Source: Thermoplasmatota archaeon (GTDB lineage Archaea > Thermoplasmatota > Penumbrarchaeia > Penumbrarchaeales > Penumbrarchaeaceae). Taken from it: a stretch of DNA of 64,000 nt. Where the stretch lies: assembly GCA_965234725.1 (NCBI GenBank), contig CBDDUX010000026.1:26371-90370 (forward strand), written 5' to 3'. The notes under the pieces are model-generated. The model had not been told where the DNA came from and did not search any database. It saw only the letters and a program-made list of their open reading frames with translations. Each line of letters begins with the position of its first letter. Position 1 is the first letter of the stretch. Of the stretch, positions 11,384 to 21,356 are shown piece after piece. Made by a program: the position numbers and the translations under genes.

Positions 11384-11607
11384 AATCTTTTCGTTTACCT
11401 TGTTTCGATTCAAAAAACCAACTCCTATCTCTCCCATCGGAGGTACAGCGATTACACTAGTGACTGGATACTTAATACTTTGCAGAATAATGTTTTCAAA
11501 CTTATCTATGGTCAGGTTCAGAATCTGATAACTTTCATAATAATTTCTCAAATTTCAGAGGTTGCACTCGGAAAACAACATTAGCTAATAAGACCATCAT
11601 CAGGCGG

Positions 11608-12546
11608 ATGGCCGATATTGGAATAGAAAAAATCGGAGATGGTCCGATCATCTCGGTAATCATACCTGTCCGCAACGGCGAAAAAACCCTCGAAAGATGC
11701 CTGAGATCCATTATGGACCAATCCATCACGGGGTACGAGATCATAGTTGTTGATAATGCATCCGATGATTCCACATCAGACCTGATACATGCATGTTCAT
11801 CGGAGGATCATAGAATTCGTTACGAGTTCGAGGGCAGGAAAGGAAGGGGTCATGCAAGAGCAAAAGGGATCTCATGCTCCAATGGGAGTATTCTTGCTTG
11901 GACAGATTCGGATTGTGAGGTTCCACATGATTGGCTGGAAAGGCTAACCGGCCCAATATTGAGGGGAGAGGAAAAGATCGTCCAAGGAAACGAGGACCAG
12001 ATGAGAGGCGGTTATTGGTCCAGTGAAGCTCAGGATGCAGGACAGAGGCATTTGGACAATCAGGTTCGGAATCCCCCATATATTGATCATGTGGATACGA
12101 AGAACTTAGCAATCAGAAAGGACGTTCTTCTCGGCGTAGGGGGATTTGATAGAAGGCTGAAAGCGCTTGAGGACTTCGAACTCAAGGTCAGATTAAAAAA
12201 GGCCGGTAACCGGATTTTTTACATTAGGGATATTCGAGTTAAACACCACCACAGAGAAAAGTTAGGACAGCTCTTTCGATCCAGATTTGAGCAGGGATAC
12301 TGGGCTGCGGTTATCTTCTACATGCATAGAGACTTCTTCGATTCGGAAAAAGGGCAGGATAATACAATCAAATCCATGTATTTTCTGGACATTATCAAAT
12401 TCCCATTGCATCTTGGTTTATTCCTTATGCGCAAAGGACCGAGAAAGTTTCTTTTCGAGGCGGTATCGGGTCTTATCTGGAGATTGGGTAATATAAAGGG
12501 AAGAATTTTCCATAGAAAAGCTCTGGAGGAAATTCGATTTGCATAA
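11608..12546 (+). CDS. Glycosyltransferase family 2
   Basis: ISVIIPVRNGE...VVDNASDD...TDSDC GT-A/GT2 motifs. Confidence 0.7.
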   Translation: MADIGIEKIGDGPIISVIIPVRNGEKTLERCLRSIMDQSITGYEIIVVDNASDDSTSDLIHACSSEDHRIRYEFEGRKGRGHARAKGISCSNGSILAWTDSDCEVPHDWLERLTGPILRGEEKIVQGNEDQMRGGYWSSEAQDAGQRHLDNQVRNPPYIDHVDTKNLAIRKDVLLGVGGFDRRLKALEDFELKVRLKKAGNRIFYIRDIRVKHHHREKLGQLFRSRFEQGYWAAVIFYMHRDFFDSEKGQDNTIKSMYFLDIIKFPLHLGLFLMRKGPRKFLFEAVSGLIWRLGNIKGRIFHRKALEEIRFA

Positions 12547-13549
12547 ATCGGTCCTTGTCACACTTGCGAATGTTAATTTCCTTGAACAGGCCAAACAGCT
12601 CTTTTCCAGTGCATATCACAATTCCGGTTGGAACGGAGATTTTCTTCTTCTCTCATACGATATTCCGGAAGACAAGCTTCTCTGGTTTAAAAAGTACGGA
12701 ATCGAGGTGTTCCAATGTAAACCCATTGTGCAGGATAAGATAGGTATTTGGCATCCATCCGTAATGTCCAAATTCCATCTCTTCACAGAGATGGTAACAA
12801 AATGGGACCGAGTCGTTTTTCTCGATGCCGATGTCACCGTGGAAGCATTCCTCGGTGAGCTCGGGTCACCAGAGTCCTTCCATGCCGTTGAAGATGTTCA
12901 TCATATTCCTGTAAGGAATCAATTCATCGAAAGGAGATCTGTTTCAGGAGATCCGAAAAAAAGGGAATTGATTACGAGGTTGGAACGGGATTTTGATATG
13001 GACCTGCTGTCTTTCAACTCCGGTATCTTTTCATTTTCCACCAATGTGATAAAGGATGATACGTTCCAAGTCCTTGTGGAACTTTTCAGGGAATATCGTA
13101 CTGTATTGAGATTCCCCGAGCAGGCAATATTGAACCTTTATTTCTCAGGAAATTGGTCTCAACTTCCCCTGGTCTATAATAATTATTATACCAGGATCAG
13201 ACGTCCATGGAGATTCGGTACAGAGATTTTCAACGGGATATGCAACCATTTCATTTTTGAGAAACCCTGGATAGTCAAGGACGAGTATTTCTATTCCAAA
13301 TGGAAGAAAAACCTGGAGATGTCTTCTTCGATTGACCTTGGAAAAAGGAAGACTCCTGCCAGAATCTGGACCGAAGAGGAAATATTATATAAAACAAAAA
13401 TGATAGAAAAACTGATGGTCCAGAGGCCATTGATGACCCGGATCGGTAATGGTGTGTTGATGAGTCTGGAAAGAGCTGCAGGTCTGGCGGGAAAGGTAGT
13501 TGAAAATGCTACACCGACCCTGTATGAAAGGATTAAAAGAGGAAGTTGA
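12539..13549 (+). CDS. GT-A fold glycosyltransferase (GT8-like), paralog A
   Basis: N-terminus TLANVNFLEQAKQLFSSAYHNSGWNGDF and DAD motif (VVFLDADVTV); tandem paralog of next gene. Confidence 0.55.
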   Translation: MHKSVLVTLANVNFLEQAKQLFSSAYHNSGWNGDFLLLSYDIPEDKLLWFKKYGIEVFQCKPIVQDKIGIWHPSVMSKFHLFTEMVTKWDRVVFLDADVTVEAFLGELGSPESFHAVEDVHHIPVRNQFIERRSVSGDPKKRELITRLERDFDMDLLSFNSGIFSFSTNVIKDDTFQVLVELFREYRTVLRFPEQAILNLYFSGNWSQLPLVYNNYYTRIRRPWRFGTEIFNGICNHFIFEKPWIVKDEYFYSKWKKNLEMSSSIDLGKRKTPARIWTEEEILYKTKMIEKLMVQRPLMTRIGNGVLMSLERAAGLAGKVVENATPTLYERIKRGS

Positions 13550-13563
13550 TCGGGCGATGTTAA

Positions 13564-14583
13564 ATGGCAGGTAATCTAGTTGTAACTCTTGCTGACGGCA
13601 ATTACTTCGACCAGGCAAGACAGCTTCTCTCATCCGTCTATCACAATTCCGGATGGAGGGGTGATTATATGGTCCTCGCCAAACATATGGAGATAGAACA
13701 GATAAAATGGTTCAATGAGAAGGGCATAATCGTAAAGGAGATAGAGGATATAGGAAAATGGGAACTTCCGAACCATCCGAGAACCGTTCTTGCTAAATTT
13801 CATCTATTCAATGATGACATGGACAGTTGGAAAAGGATAATCTATCTGGACGCAGATATAACTGTAACCGCGAGTCTAGATCATTTACTGGATCTCAGGG
13901 GTTTTTGGGCTGCTGTGGATTTCCATGAAATGAAGCTCAAGGGACAATTTAAGATCTCCGGGGAGGATGATTTTGGAGATAAGGAAAAGAGGACCCATGA
14001 CCTCTTGTCTTCTCAATACGATCTTGATAGGGTTTCCTTCAATTCGGGAGTAATGGCATTTGATGGAAGTATGACCGGGCAGGAGCAATATGATCGCCTG
14101 ATCGAACTCTATCATGAATACGAATCCATAACCCTTCATGACCAGAGCATTCTCAATCTTCTTTTCTACGAACGATGGAACAGACTTCCACTGGCTTTCA
14201 ACAATTACTTTCTATATGGCAGGAAATCAGGATCGATACGGTTTGTTAAATGTGACGGAATAGTAAATCACTACATCCTTGACAGAGTTTGGAAGACAGA
14301 AAGCAGGGATCACTTCCCCGTCTGGAAGAGGAATCTGGATATGAGTGAGGGTATCAATTTGGAGAGAAGACCACCCCCTGCGGATGTTTGGGATGAGCTC
14401 AGGATCAAGGACGTCTCAGACAAATTGGAAAGTAGCACAATAAGGAATGAAACCATCACTGGAAAGCTGCTTATGGCAGGCACTGCATTAGATCGGGTTA
14501 TAGGAAGAATGGGTCTGATGATCAAGAAGAGGAATCCAAAACTCTACAGAATGATCCATGGAGAGGAGACCGGTGATCAGTGA
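13564..14583 (+). CDS. GT-A fold glycosyltransferase (GT8-like), paralog B
   Basis: Same architecture and conserved blocks as the 12539-13549 product (TLADGNYFDQARQLLSSVYHNSGWRGDY, YLDADITV). Confidence 0.55.
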   Translation: MAGNLVVTLADGNYFDQARQLLSSVYHNSGWRGDYMVLAKHMEIEQIKWFNEKGIIVKEIEDIGKWELPNHPRTVLAKFHLFNDDMDSWKRIIYLDADITVTASLDHLLDLRGFWAAVDFHEMKLKGQFKISGEDDFGDKEKRTHDLLSSQYDLDRVSFNSGVMAFDGSMTGQEQYDRLIELYHEYESITLHDQSILNLLFYERWNRLPLAFNNYFLYGRKSGSIRFVKCDGIVNHYILDRVWKTESRDHFPVWKRNLDMSEGINLERRPPPADVWDELRIKDVSDKLESSTIRNETITGKLLMAGTALDRVIGRMGLMIKKRNPKLYRMIHGEETGDQ

Positions 14584-14692
14584 TTATCTACGCAGGACCG
14601 TATTCAAACTTACTGAGTCCAGTTATTCAAAAAATTTTTCAATTGTCTGAAAACATCAGCAGTATTAAATATCCTTCCCTCGGTGAACTTCC

Positions 14693-15451
14693 GTGAAGAA
14701 TGTTCGATTATTCATGGAACAGAGTATGACCTTGGCAGTCATGGGATTCAAACTCAGAAATGAAGGAAGTTATCTCGGGATCATATGGTATCTTCTTAAC
14801 CCTCTTCTGATGTTCCTTCTTCTCCTTGTGATCTTCTCCAACAATATTGGAGGGGACATCGAACAATATCCGATTTATCTGCTTACCGGTATAATTATGG
14901 TGAATTTTTTCCTTGCAGCAACCTCTGAATCAACAAAGATAATAAGAGCAAACAAGGGAACTATAAGGTCCATACATTACAATCGGGAATCGCTTATCGG
15001 ATCCATAGTCCTTGTCGCGATATTTTCACATCTTTTCGAGCTCGTCATGTTGGCTATTGTCATGTTGGTGTTCGGGATCTCACCTTGGGGTGCCGCCATC
15101 TATCTGCTCGTCCTTCTGGTTTTCAGTCTTTTTACCCTGGGTGTTTGCTTGATCCTTTCATCCATTGCCGTATATTTCATGGACCTTGACAATATATGGT
15201 CATTTGCATCAAAGTTGCTCTGGTTCGCGACGCCTATCTTCTATTCCACATCCGGTAAAGATGGTTTGAGTGTTGTGATATTGTTCAATCCGCTTTACCA
15301 TTTTCTTACCATTGCCAGGAGCTTAATTATTTACCATGAGACACCCTCTTTGTTACTGGTTGCGGGGGCCCTCGGATCAACTGCTGTAATATTGCCGATA
15401 GGTCTGCTCCTTTTCGGTAGGTTCCAGAAGAAATTCGCGGAGATGATCTAA
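14693..15451 (+). CDS. ABC-2 type polysaccharide exporter permease (Wzm/TagG-like)
   Basis: Six predicted TM helices; immediately upstream of, and overlapping, the ATPase gene (TAATG). GTG start. Confidence 0.7.
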   Translation: MKNVRLFMEQSMTLAVMGFKLRNEGSYLGIIWYLLNPLLMFLLLLVIFSNNIGGDIEQYPIYLLTGIIMVNFFLAATSESTKIIRANKGTIRSIHYNRESLIGSIVLVAIFSHLFELVMLAIVMLVFGISPWGAAIYLLVLLVFSLFTLGVCLILSSIAVYFMDLDNIWSFASKLLWFATPIFYSTSGKDGLSVVILFNPLYHFLTIARSLIIYHETPSLLLVAGALGSTAVILPIGLLLFGRFQKKFAEMI

Positions 15452-16185
15452 TGGTATACATTGAAACCCGGGACCTGAAAAAGGATTTTAAAATAGGTTT
15501 CTTGAAGAATCGGGGTGCTCTTTCGAGGACGCTATCTATATTTTCCGGTAAGGAACCGACGAAAAAGCTCAGGGTCCTGGATGGTATATCCTTCAGATTG
15601 GAAGGGGGTGAGATTATGGGGATCATCGGAAAGAACGGGGCCGGTAAGAGTACGTTCATAAGGGTCCTTTCAGGTATCTATCCCAGAACAGGCGGGGAAA
15701 TTGAGGTTGACGGAAACATTGTTCCGATCGTGGGTCTGGGATATGGTTTTCAGGACAGGCTTTCCATGAGGGACAATGTATTCCTTACCTGCTCACTTCT
15801 CGGATTGAGAAGAAATGAGATCCGGCAGAAGTTCTCTTCGATCGTGGAGTTTGCCGAACTCCAGGATTTCGTGATAACAAAACTCTATCAGTTCTCAGAT
15901 GGAATGAAGCATCGTCTCGCATTCTCCGTTGCGATCCACTGTATGCCGGACCTGTTGCTCTTGGATGAAGTATTCGAGATCGGAGACCAGGGATTCAGGG
16001 CAAAATCATCGAAGAAGATAAAGGAACTTGCCCGAAATGGGTCAGGTGTAATTTTGGTGAGCCATGAGTTAAAGATGATAGAGAAGCACTGCAGGAAAGT
16101 TCTGTGGCTGGAGAAGGGGAAGGTCAAGATGATGGGGGAGACCAAAGAAGTTTTAAAACTCTATCGTGAGGCTTTCCCATCTTGA
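15451..16185 (+). CDS. ABC transporter ATP-binding protein (Wzt/TagH/KpsT-like)
   Basis: Walker A GKNGAGKST, signature FSDGMKHRLAF, Walker B LLLDEV. Confidence 0.85.
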   Translation: MVYIETRDLKKDFKIGFLKNRGALSRTLSIFSGKEPTKKLRVLDGISFRLEGGEIMGIIGKNGAGKSTFIRVLSGIYPRTGGEIEVDGNIVPIVGLGYGFQDRLSMRDNVFLTCSLLGLRRNEIRQKFSSIVEFAELQDFVITKLYQFSDGMKHRLAFSVAIHCMPDLLLLDEVFEIGDQGFRAKSSKKIKELARNGSGVILVSHELKMIEKHCRKVLWLEKGKVKMMGETKEVLKLYREAFPS

Positions 16186-17270
16186 ATAGCATTTTCGATG
16201 ATATTTCTGATCTTTATTATATATCTGGATGTATCGAACTCGCTTGCTCGTCTGATACATTCATCTTTGAATTCTTCCGGGTGTTCCCCGATCTCCTTTA
16301 CCGCGCTAGATAACTTTTGGGCATCAATATCGTTTATCAATCTTCCTGTGATTCCATCGATTATGCTTTCTTTGTATCCCCCTTCATTTGGTGCTATCAC
16401 AGGCTTTCCGGAAGCCATGGCCTCCACCGGTGTCATACCAAAATCCTCATCCTTAGATGTGGTGATAAACCCTTTGCAGTTCGAATATAGATCTAAAAGC
16501 TCATTCTGTGGGACCCATTTGAGTATCTCAACATTATCTGGTTTCAAACCCTCGATATAATTCGCATACTGCTGGAAATGTTTTGATTTCTCGTAGCATC
16601 CCACAACGATCAGTTTTTCCTCTGGCATCTTTGAGAATGACTTCATCTGGATATCAACTCTCTTGTGACTTATCAAACGGTTGACGGAAAGCCAGTAATC
16701 TCCGCAGCTCTTGTAGCTGAACCTGGATGTTTCGATAGGGGGATAGATCACTTCCCCCTCCCGTCCCAGATATCTTTTCAGTCTGGAGCAGGTATTTTTT
16801 GAATTGCATGCCAGATTCTGGACATGTTTAAAATATTTCCTATTTAGATGTCTGTTGAGATTGACCCAGAGATCGAATACCGGACGTTGCAGGGGGTGAA
16901 TATTGTTCTGCCTGGTGTACTCGTAAAGATCCCAGATCTCCCTTATCGGCGAATGGACGTACCATAGGTTGGGTTTATTCTTTACAGCTCCGGACATTGC
17001 CCAATCCCCGTCCATTATGTAAAAATCGTATTTATCCTTGAGATCGAGCCTTCTGAACCGGAGTAATGCCATTTGCTGTCTGAAGGGAGCGTTAATCGGT
17101 ACCTTCCCTATGGATATCATGTTCAGATCCTTGAATCCCATTTTTTCTATCTTTTCAATGTCGATATTGGTGGAATAGAAATCAGCTTTCAGCTCTCTAG
17201 AAAGTGTAAGTCCCACCACCTCCGCACCACCTATATTATCCATGTAATTATGAAAAATTGCAACTTTCAT
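16161..17270 (-). CDS. Glycosyltransferase family 4 (GT-B fold)
   Basis: C-terminal E-x7-E region (EDFGMTPVEAMASGKPVIA) typical of GT4. Confidence 0.75.
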   Translation of the reverse strand: MKVAIFHNYMDNIGGAEVVGLTLSRELKADFYSTNIDIEKIEKMGFKDLNMISIGKVPINAPFRQQMALLRFRRLDLKDKYDFYIMDGDWAMSGAVKNKPNLWYVHSPIREIWDLYEYTRQNNIHPLQRPVFDLWVNLNRHLNRKYFKHVQNLACNSKNTCSRLKRYLGREGEVIYPPIETSRFSYKSCGDYWLSVNRLISHKRVDIQMKSFSKMPEEKLIVVGCYEKSKHFQQYANYIEGLKPDNVEILKWVPQNELLDLYSNCKGFITTSKDEDFGMTPVEAMASGKPVIAPNEGGYKESIIDGITGRLINDIDAQKLSSAVKEIGEHPEEFKDECIRRASEFDTSRYIIKIRNIIENAIQDGKASR

Positions 17271-17447
17271 CAGAACTCACCCAGATCGATCTATGCCAGA
17301 GGGCAGATTACACCGATATCGATGGAATGTTGAGCCAGATAATTAATCTATTCCATGGAAATTTTCAAATACTATCCATTCTGAGTATGTAGTTGATGAT
17401 CATCAATTACATAATCAGTGGAAATTTCCTTAAAAAGGTTAGATATA

Positions 17448-17459
17448 TTTTTATAAATA
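17448..17459 (+). promoter_or_regulatory. TATA-box-like element upstream of GT2 gene
   Basis: tttttataaata in the divergent intergenic region between the GT4 (-) and GT2 (+) genes. Confidence 0.3.
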
Positions 17460-17538
17460 TCTCGACTTCTTCTGGTATTATTAATCCAGAGAACGGCTAT
17501 CAATTACAGCCCTCATACCAGGCGAATGGGAAGATATC

Positions 17539-18402
17539 ATGAAAGGTGTGGAAGTCCCCAAAATATCGGTGATCATTCCGGTCAGGAATCGTGAAATAAA
17601 ACTCTCAAGATGTCTTGAAAGTGTCCTTGATCAAACCTTCGGCGATTATGAGGTGATAGTTGTCGATAACGCTTCAACAGACGGAACAAGATCAGTAATA
17701 GAAAAGTTCGCTAGAAAGGATCCTAAAGTGAAATATGTATACGAATCGGTTCTCGGTATTGGCAGCGCTAGGTACAAGGGAGAAATATCATCCAAAGGAG
17801 AAGTCATTCTAATGACCGACAGTGACTGTGAAGTCCCTCCTGATTGGATAGAGCGGATGTCAGCACCTGTACTTGGAGGGAAAATTCCAGCAGTGCAAGG
17901 GTTGAAGCATGCGATAGGCAATCATTATTGGCCTCTGCAGGTGGAACAGGATGAACATAGATTTATGCGGTCATTCTTTGAGCGCACCGGGACTAGTACG
18001 GTAGATACCGCTAATTTCTGTATTGACAGAAAGGTTCTCGAAAAGGTTGGATATACGGATAAAACCATCAATAACCTTAACGACACAGAGCTGGCTGCAA
18101 GGCTAATTCAAAATGGATACACGATCGCACTCTTGGAGACAAGTGTTGGCCATCACTATCCAATTTCGCCGTTTAAACTTGCGAGAATTCCATTCCATAG
18201 AGGGTCTGTTCATTCAATTTTAAGTAGAAGGTACCCCGGGAATCCCTTATTCGGGAAGCAGACATTCAAACTTTTTTTCGATTATCTCCTCGGTCTGATA
18301 TCCGAGGTTTTTAAAATGGAAAAGACTTTTCCCTATGATCTGGTTACTGGAATATCGTGGAGGTTAGGACTTCTATGGGGATACCTAAGAAAACCAAGGT
18401 GA
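17539..18402 (+). CDS. Glycosyltransferase family 2
   Basis: ISVIIPVRNRE...VVDNASTDGT...TDSDC motifs; TATA-like element upstream. Confidence 0.7.
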   Translation: MKGVEVPKISVIIPVRNREIKLSRCLESVLDQTFGDYEVIVVDNASTDGTRSVIEKFARKDPKVKYVYESVLGIGSARYKGEISSKGEVILMTDSDCEVPPDWIERMSAPVLGGKIPAVQGLKHAIGNHYWPLQVEQDEHRFMRSFFERTGTSTVDTANFCIDRKVLEKVGYTDKTINNLNDTELAARLIQNGYTIALLETSVGHHYPISPFKLARIPFHRGSVHSILSRRYPGNPLFGKQTFKLFFDYLLGLISEVFKMEKTFPYDLVTGISWRLGLLWGYLRKPR

Positions 18403-19295
18403 AGGTGTCCGTCGTGATATCTGTTTGGAATAGTGCAAAGACGATTGAGCGATGTCTTACAAGCATTCTCCATCAATCATTCTCTGATTTTGAAATATTG
18501 GTCATCGACGGCAATTCAACTGACGAGACAAAAAAGATCATTGATGAAATCCGGAAAAAATCTCCGAAGGTTCGGTATTTCCACGAGGAATTTCCTTCTA
18601 AAGCCGCTTCATTCAACCGAGGTATTATGGAATCTGAAGCAGAATTAATAATGATTACAAATGCTGATTGCGAGGTTCCAAGAGATTGGATTTCAAGAAT
18701 GATGAAACCATTAACTGCAGGGGAAGATATTGTCCAGGGTGGAAAAAATTTAGCTTCTAAGGGATTCTGGTCAAGAATGCAACAAAAATCCGATGAAAGG
18801 TTCGTTGCGGATAATTCAAGCGATAATTATTCTTTCAACATTGATATGGAAAACATCGCTTTCAGAAGGAGCGTTCTCCTCGATGTTGGTTTATTCAACA
18901 GACATATCAGGAACTTGGAGAATTTTGATATGAGACTTCGATTAATAAAATATGGTTATCGAATATATTTATTAGAAGATATCAGGGTCATTCACCATCA
19001 AAAGAGTAACTTTATAGAACTTTTAAAAAAGATGAGTAGAATGGGCAAATGGACATATTTCATATACTGGATGAACCGGGATGGCATTAGGACAAATGAA
19101 AAAAAATTGTTTAAATCACTCGGACTGTCAAGTTTCCCGTTTTTGATACCACGGACTCTTTTAATATTAATTCGCCATGGAATTTCGGCTTTCATCTATG
19201 AACTAATTTCAGGTACTGCATGGAGTATCGGCGTGCTTAGCGGATTCATCAGGAAAGAGCGTTTCCTCAAATCTATTAAGGCCAATTATTATTGA
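18375..19295 (+). CDS. Glycosyltransferase family 2
   Basis: VSVVISVWNS...LVIDGNSTDET...TNADC motifs; start placed at internal Met to limit overlap with the upstream GT2. Confidence 0.65.
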   Translation: MGIPKKTKVKVSVVISVWNSAKTIERCLTSILHQSFSDFEILVIDGNSTDETKKIIDEIRKKSPKVRYFHEEFPSKAASFNRGIMESEAELIMITNADCEVPRDWISRMMKPLTAGEDIVQGGKNLASKGFWSRMQQKSDERFVADNSSDNYSFNIDMENIAFRRSVLLDVGLFNRHIRNLENFDMRLRLIKYGYRIYLLEDIRVIHHQKSNFIELLKKMSRMGKWTYFIYWMNRDGIRTNEKKLFKSLGLSSFPFLIPRTLLILIRHGISAFIYELISGTAWSIGVLSGFIRKERFLKSIKANYY

Positions 19296-19303
19296 GGTGT
19301 TAT

Positions 19304-20368
19304 ATGATTACATTCACGGAAGAAGTTCTGGAGAACTTAAGGCTCAATGAAAAAGAATTAAGCGAAAGAAAAACAACGCTTGATTCATACCCGATCAAGA
19401 TATATGTTGAGCCCACACAGCGTTGCAACCTAGACTGCTGGATGTGCGACTGGGAAAGAAGAAGATTGAAAGAAGACATGGACATACAACTTTTTAATAA
19501 AATCGAGAAAGAGCTTTTCAGCCATGTAGCTGAAGTTGATTTCTTTCTCAACGGTGAACCTCTCCTTTCTAAAAACTTCCCGGAAATGATCAAATCCTCC
19601 CAGCGTTATTCGTTTTTACCAAAGATATTTACAAATGGTTTGATGCTTGACGAGAAAAAGATGGATCTACTGGCAAGCAACGGTGTCTTTGTCAACATCT
19701 CCTTCGATGGGGCTACTGAAAGCATATATGACAGTGTAAGGGGGAAAGGAAATTTTAGAAGGATCATCCCTAAAATTAAGCAATTATTAGAGATAGGTCG
19801 AGAGATCTCAAATGATCGGTTTCATGTAAGATTGGCTGTGACCTTAGGTATCCATAACATACAGGAAGCGCCAAAAATAATCAGACTTGCCCGGGAGCTA
19901 GGGGTTGATGATGTCATGTTTGGTGCTCTCGATTATGGAATTTATTTTGAGCAGCATCTGACCTCGGATCCTGCAAAAACCGAATTCTTTTTGAAACTCG
20001 CTAAGAAAGAGGCAGATGATTCATCAATAAGGTTCTCGTGCCCGAGAAAGATTGGACCCGTTCTAATTAAAGATCATCATAATTGGGACGACTTCACATT
20101 GGACATAGATAAGTATGCCCCTTTTTCTCTTGAGGCGAATAATCCCTATGGTGGTCAATGTGGTTACCCCTGGGTAGAATCGGTTATCCGTTCTGACGGG
20201 AAGGTTGTAAGTTGCTGTCAGAAGCATCATAATATGGGAGATATCACAAAAAACACTTTTCGGGAGATATGGAACAATAATGAATACATACGTCTCAGGA
20301 ACCAAAATAATTACAACGTATGCCTTGGAGTCAATTGCAACATGACCAGGTACTCCATATGGAAATGA
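19304..20368 (+). CDS. Radical SAM enzyme with C-terminal SPASM-like Cys cluster
   Basis: CNLDCWMC (CxxxCxxC) near N-terminus; C-terminal CGYPW...VSCCQ...C..C cluster; embedded in glycan cluster. Confidence 0.65.
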   Translation: MITFTEEVLENLRLNEKELSERKTTLDSYPIKIYVEPTQRCNLDCWMCDWERRRLKEDMDIQLFNKIEKELFSHVAEVDFFLNGEPLLSKNFPEMIKSSQRYSFLPKIFTNGLMLDEKKMDLLASNGVFVNISFDGATESIYDSVRGKGNFRRIIPKIKQLLEIGREISNDRFHVRLAVTLGIHNIQEAPKIIRLARELGVDDVMFGALDYGIYFEQHLTSDPAKTEFFLKLAKKEADDSSIRFSCPRKIGPVLIKDHHNWDDFTLDIDKYAPFSLEANNPYGGQCGYPWVESVIRSDGKVVSCCQKHHNMGDITKNTFREIWNNNEYIRLRNQNNYNVCLGVNCNMTRYSIWK

Positions 20369-20415
20369 TATTGGCAAGAGACGTAATAGGAAAATCTGAA
20401 TTAATGTCCAAAAGA

Positions 20416-21165
20416 TTACCCCTCAGGAGGTCCTGAATACAGCTTACCAGAATCCGAAAGGGAGACCTTGACATATCTGCCCTTCTTGATCAATGATACA
20501 TATCCCTCCTTTTCAAGGGACCTCAAAACCCTGCTGAGGTAGGCCCTCTTCCTGGCGAGATAGGCCCTCTTTGATTCTCCCTCCCGTATCTCGGTGAAGA
20601 AACCCTTCGATCCCTCCATTGGTTGTATGAGAGCGCCCTCGTGCCTTACACTTCCACCCAAGGACCCCAGGACCTTCAGAAGCTCCTGTCCTGCCGGACT
20701 GGGTCCGATTATCCTGACAGATGGTATCTCCATAACGGATGATACACCGATGGAGAGGACCTCCTGGTCATGGGGTATGGAATATTCCTCGGGTCTAACA
20801 TAATAGGGATGTGATCCGGTCATGAAGCATGATAGAAGGGCCGCTGAGGTGATTATCCTGTTACCCGTGGAGAGGTTGACATATACCTCGAACCCATCGG
20901 ATATCAAACCATTGAACAGGGATGTCAACATCCTGGAAGATGTGTAGAAATCGAATATGTCCAGTGTCATCTCCTCTATGTCAATGGTAGCCGAGACCTT
21001 TTCCTTTATCCTGTCCCCATTCCTTCTTGCCCTCTGCTCGATATCCGATCCCTCATTGCTTCCGTAGATCAGTATGGCCCTGTTGGTGGGAAAGAACTTC
21101 AAGCCCCCAAGGACCCTGTCTATCTCCAGACCCATCGGTATGACGTGGACGGTTCTCTTCTCCAT
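20416..21165 (-). CDS. Csa3-like transcriptional regulator (CARF-type Rossmann-like ligand domain + C-terminal winged HTH)
   Basis: IPMGLEIDRVLGGL and VYVNLSTGNRIITSAALL blocks mirror the two conserved Csa3/CARF motifs; C-terminal KRAYLSRVLRSLEKEGYVSLIKKGRYVKVSLSDSG wHTH. Alternative start at 21270. Confidence 0.5.
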   Translation of the reverse strand: MEKRTVHVIPMGLEIDRVLGGLKFFPTNRAILIYGSNEGSDIEQRARRNGDRIKEKVSATIDIEEMTLDIFDFYTSSRMLTSLFNGLISDGFEVYVNLSTGNRIITSAALLSCFMTGSHPYYVRPEEYSIPHDQEVLSIGVSSVMEIPSVRIIGPSPAGQELLKVLGSLGGSVRHEGALIQPMEGSKGFFTEIREGESKRAYLARKRAYLSRVLRSLEKEGYVSLIKKGRYVKVSLSDSGKLYSGPPEG

Positions 21166-21356
21166 GCTATACGATATTGACGTATAGAGATATCTATTTT
21201 CGTATAGATCAAAAGTCAACTCATCTATACACTCATGGAACCTCCGATACGTAGGACCATTTAAATCCAAACGCGACCATTCAAGCTTTTGCTGTCAGGG
21301 ATGGGGGCAGCTACGGGGAAGGACCATCTCGTCTGTTTATCCGGGAATGATCTTGC

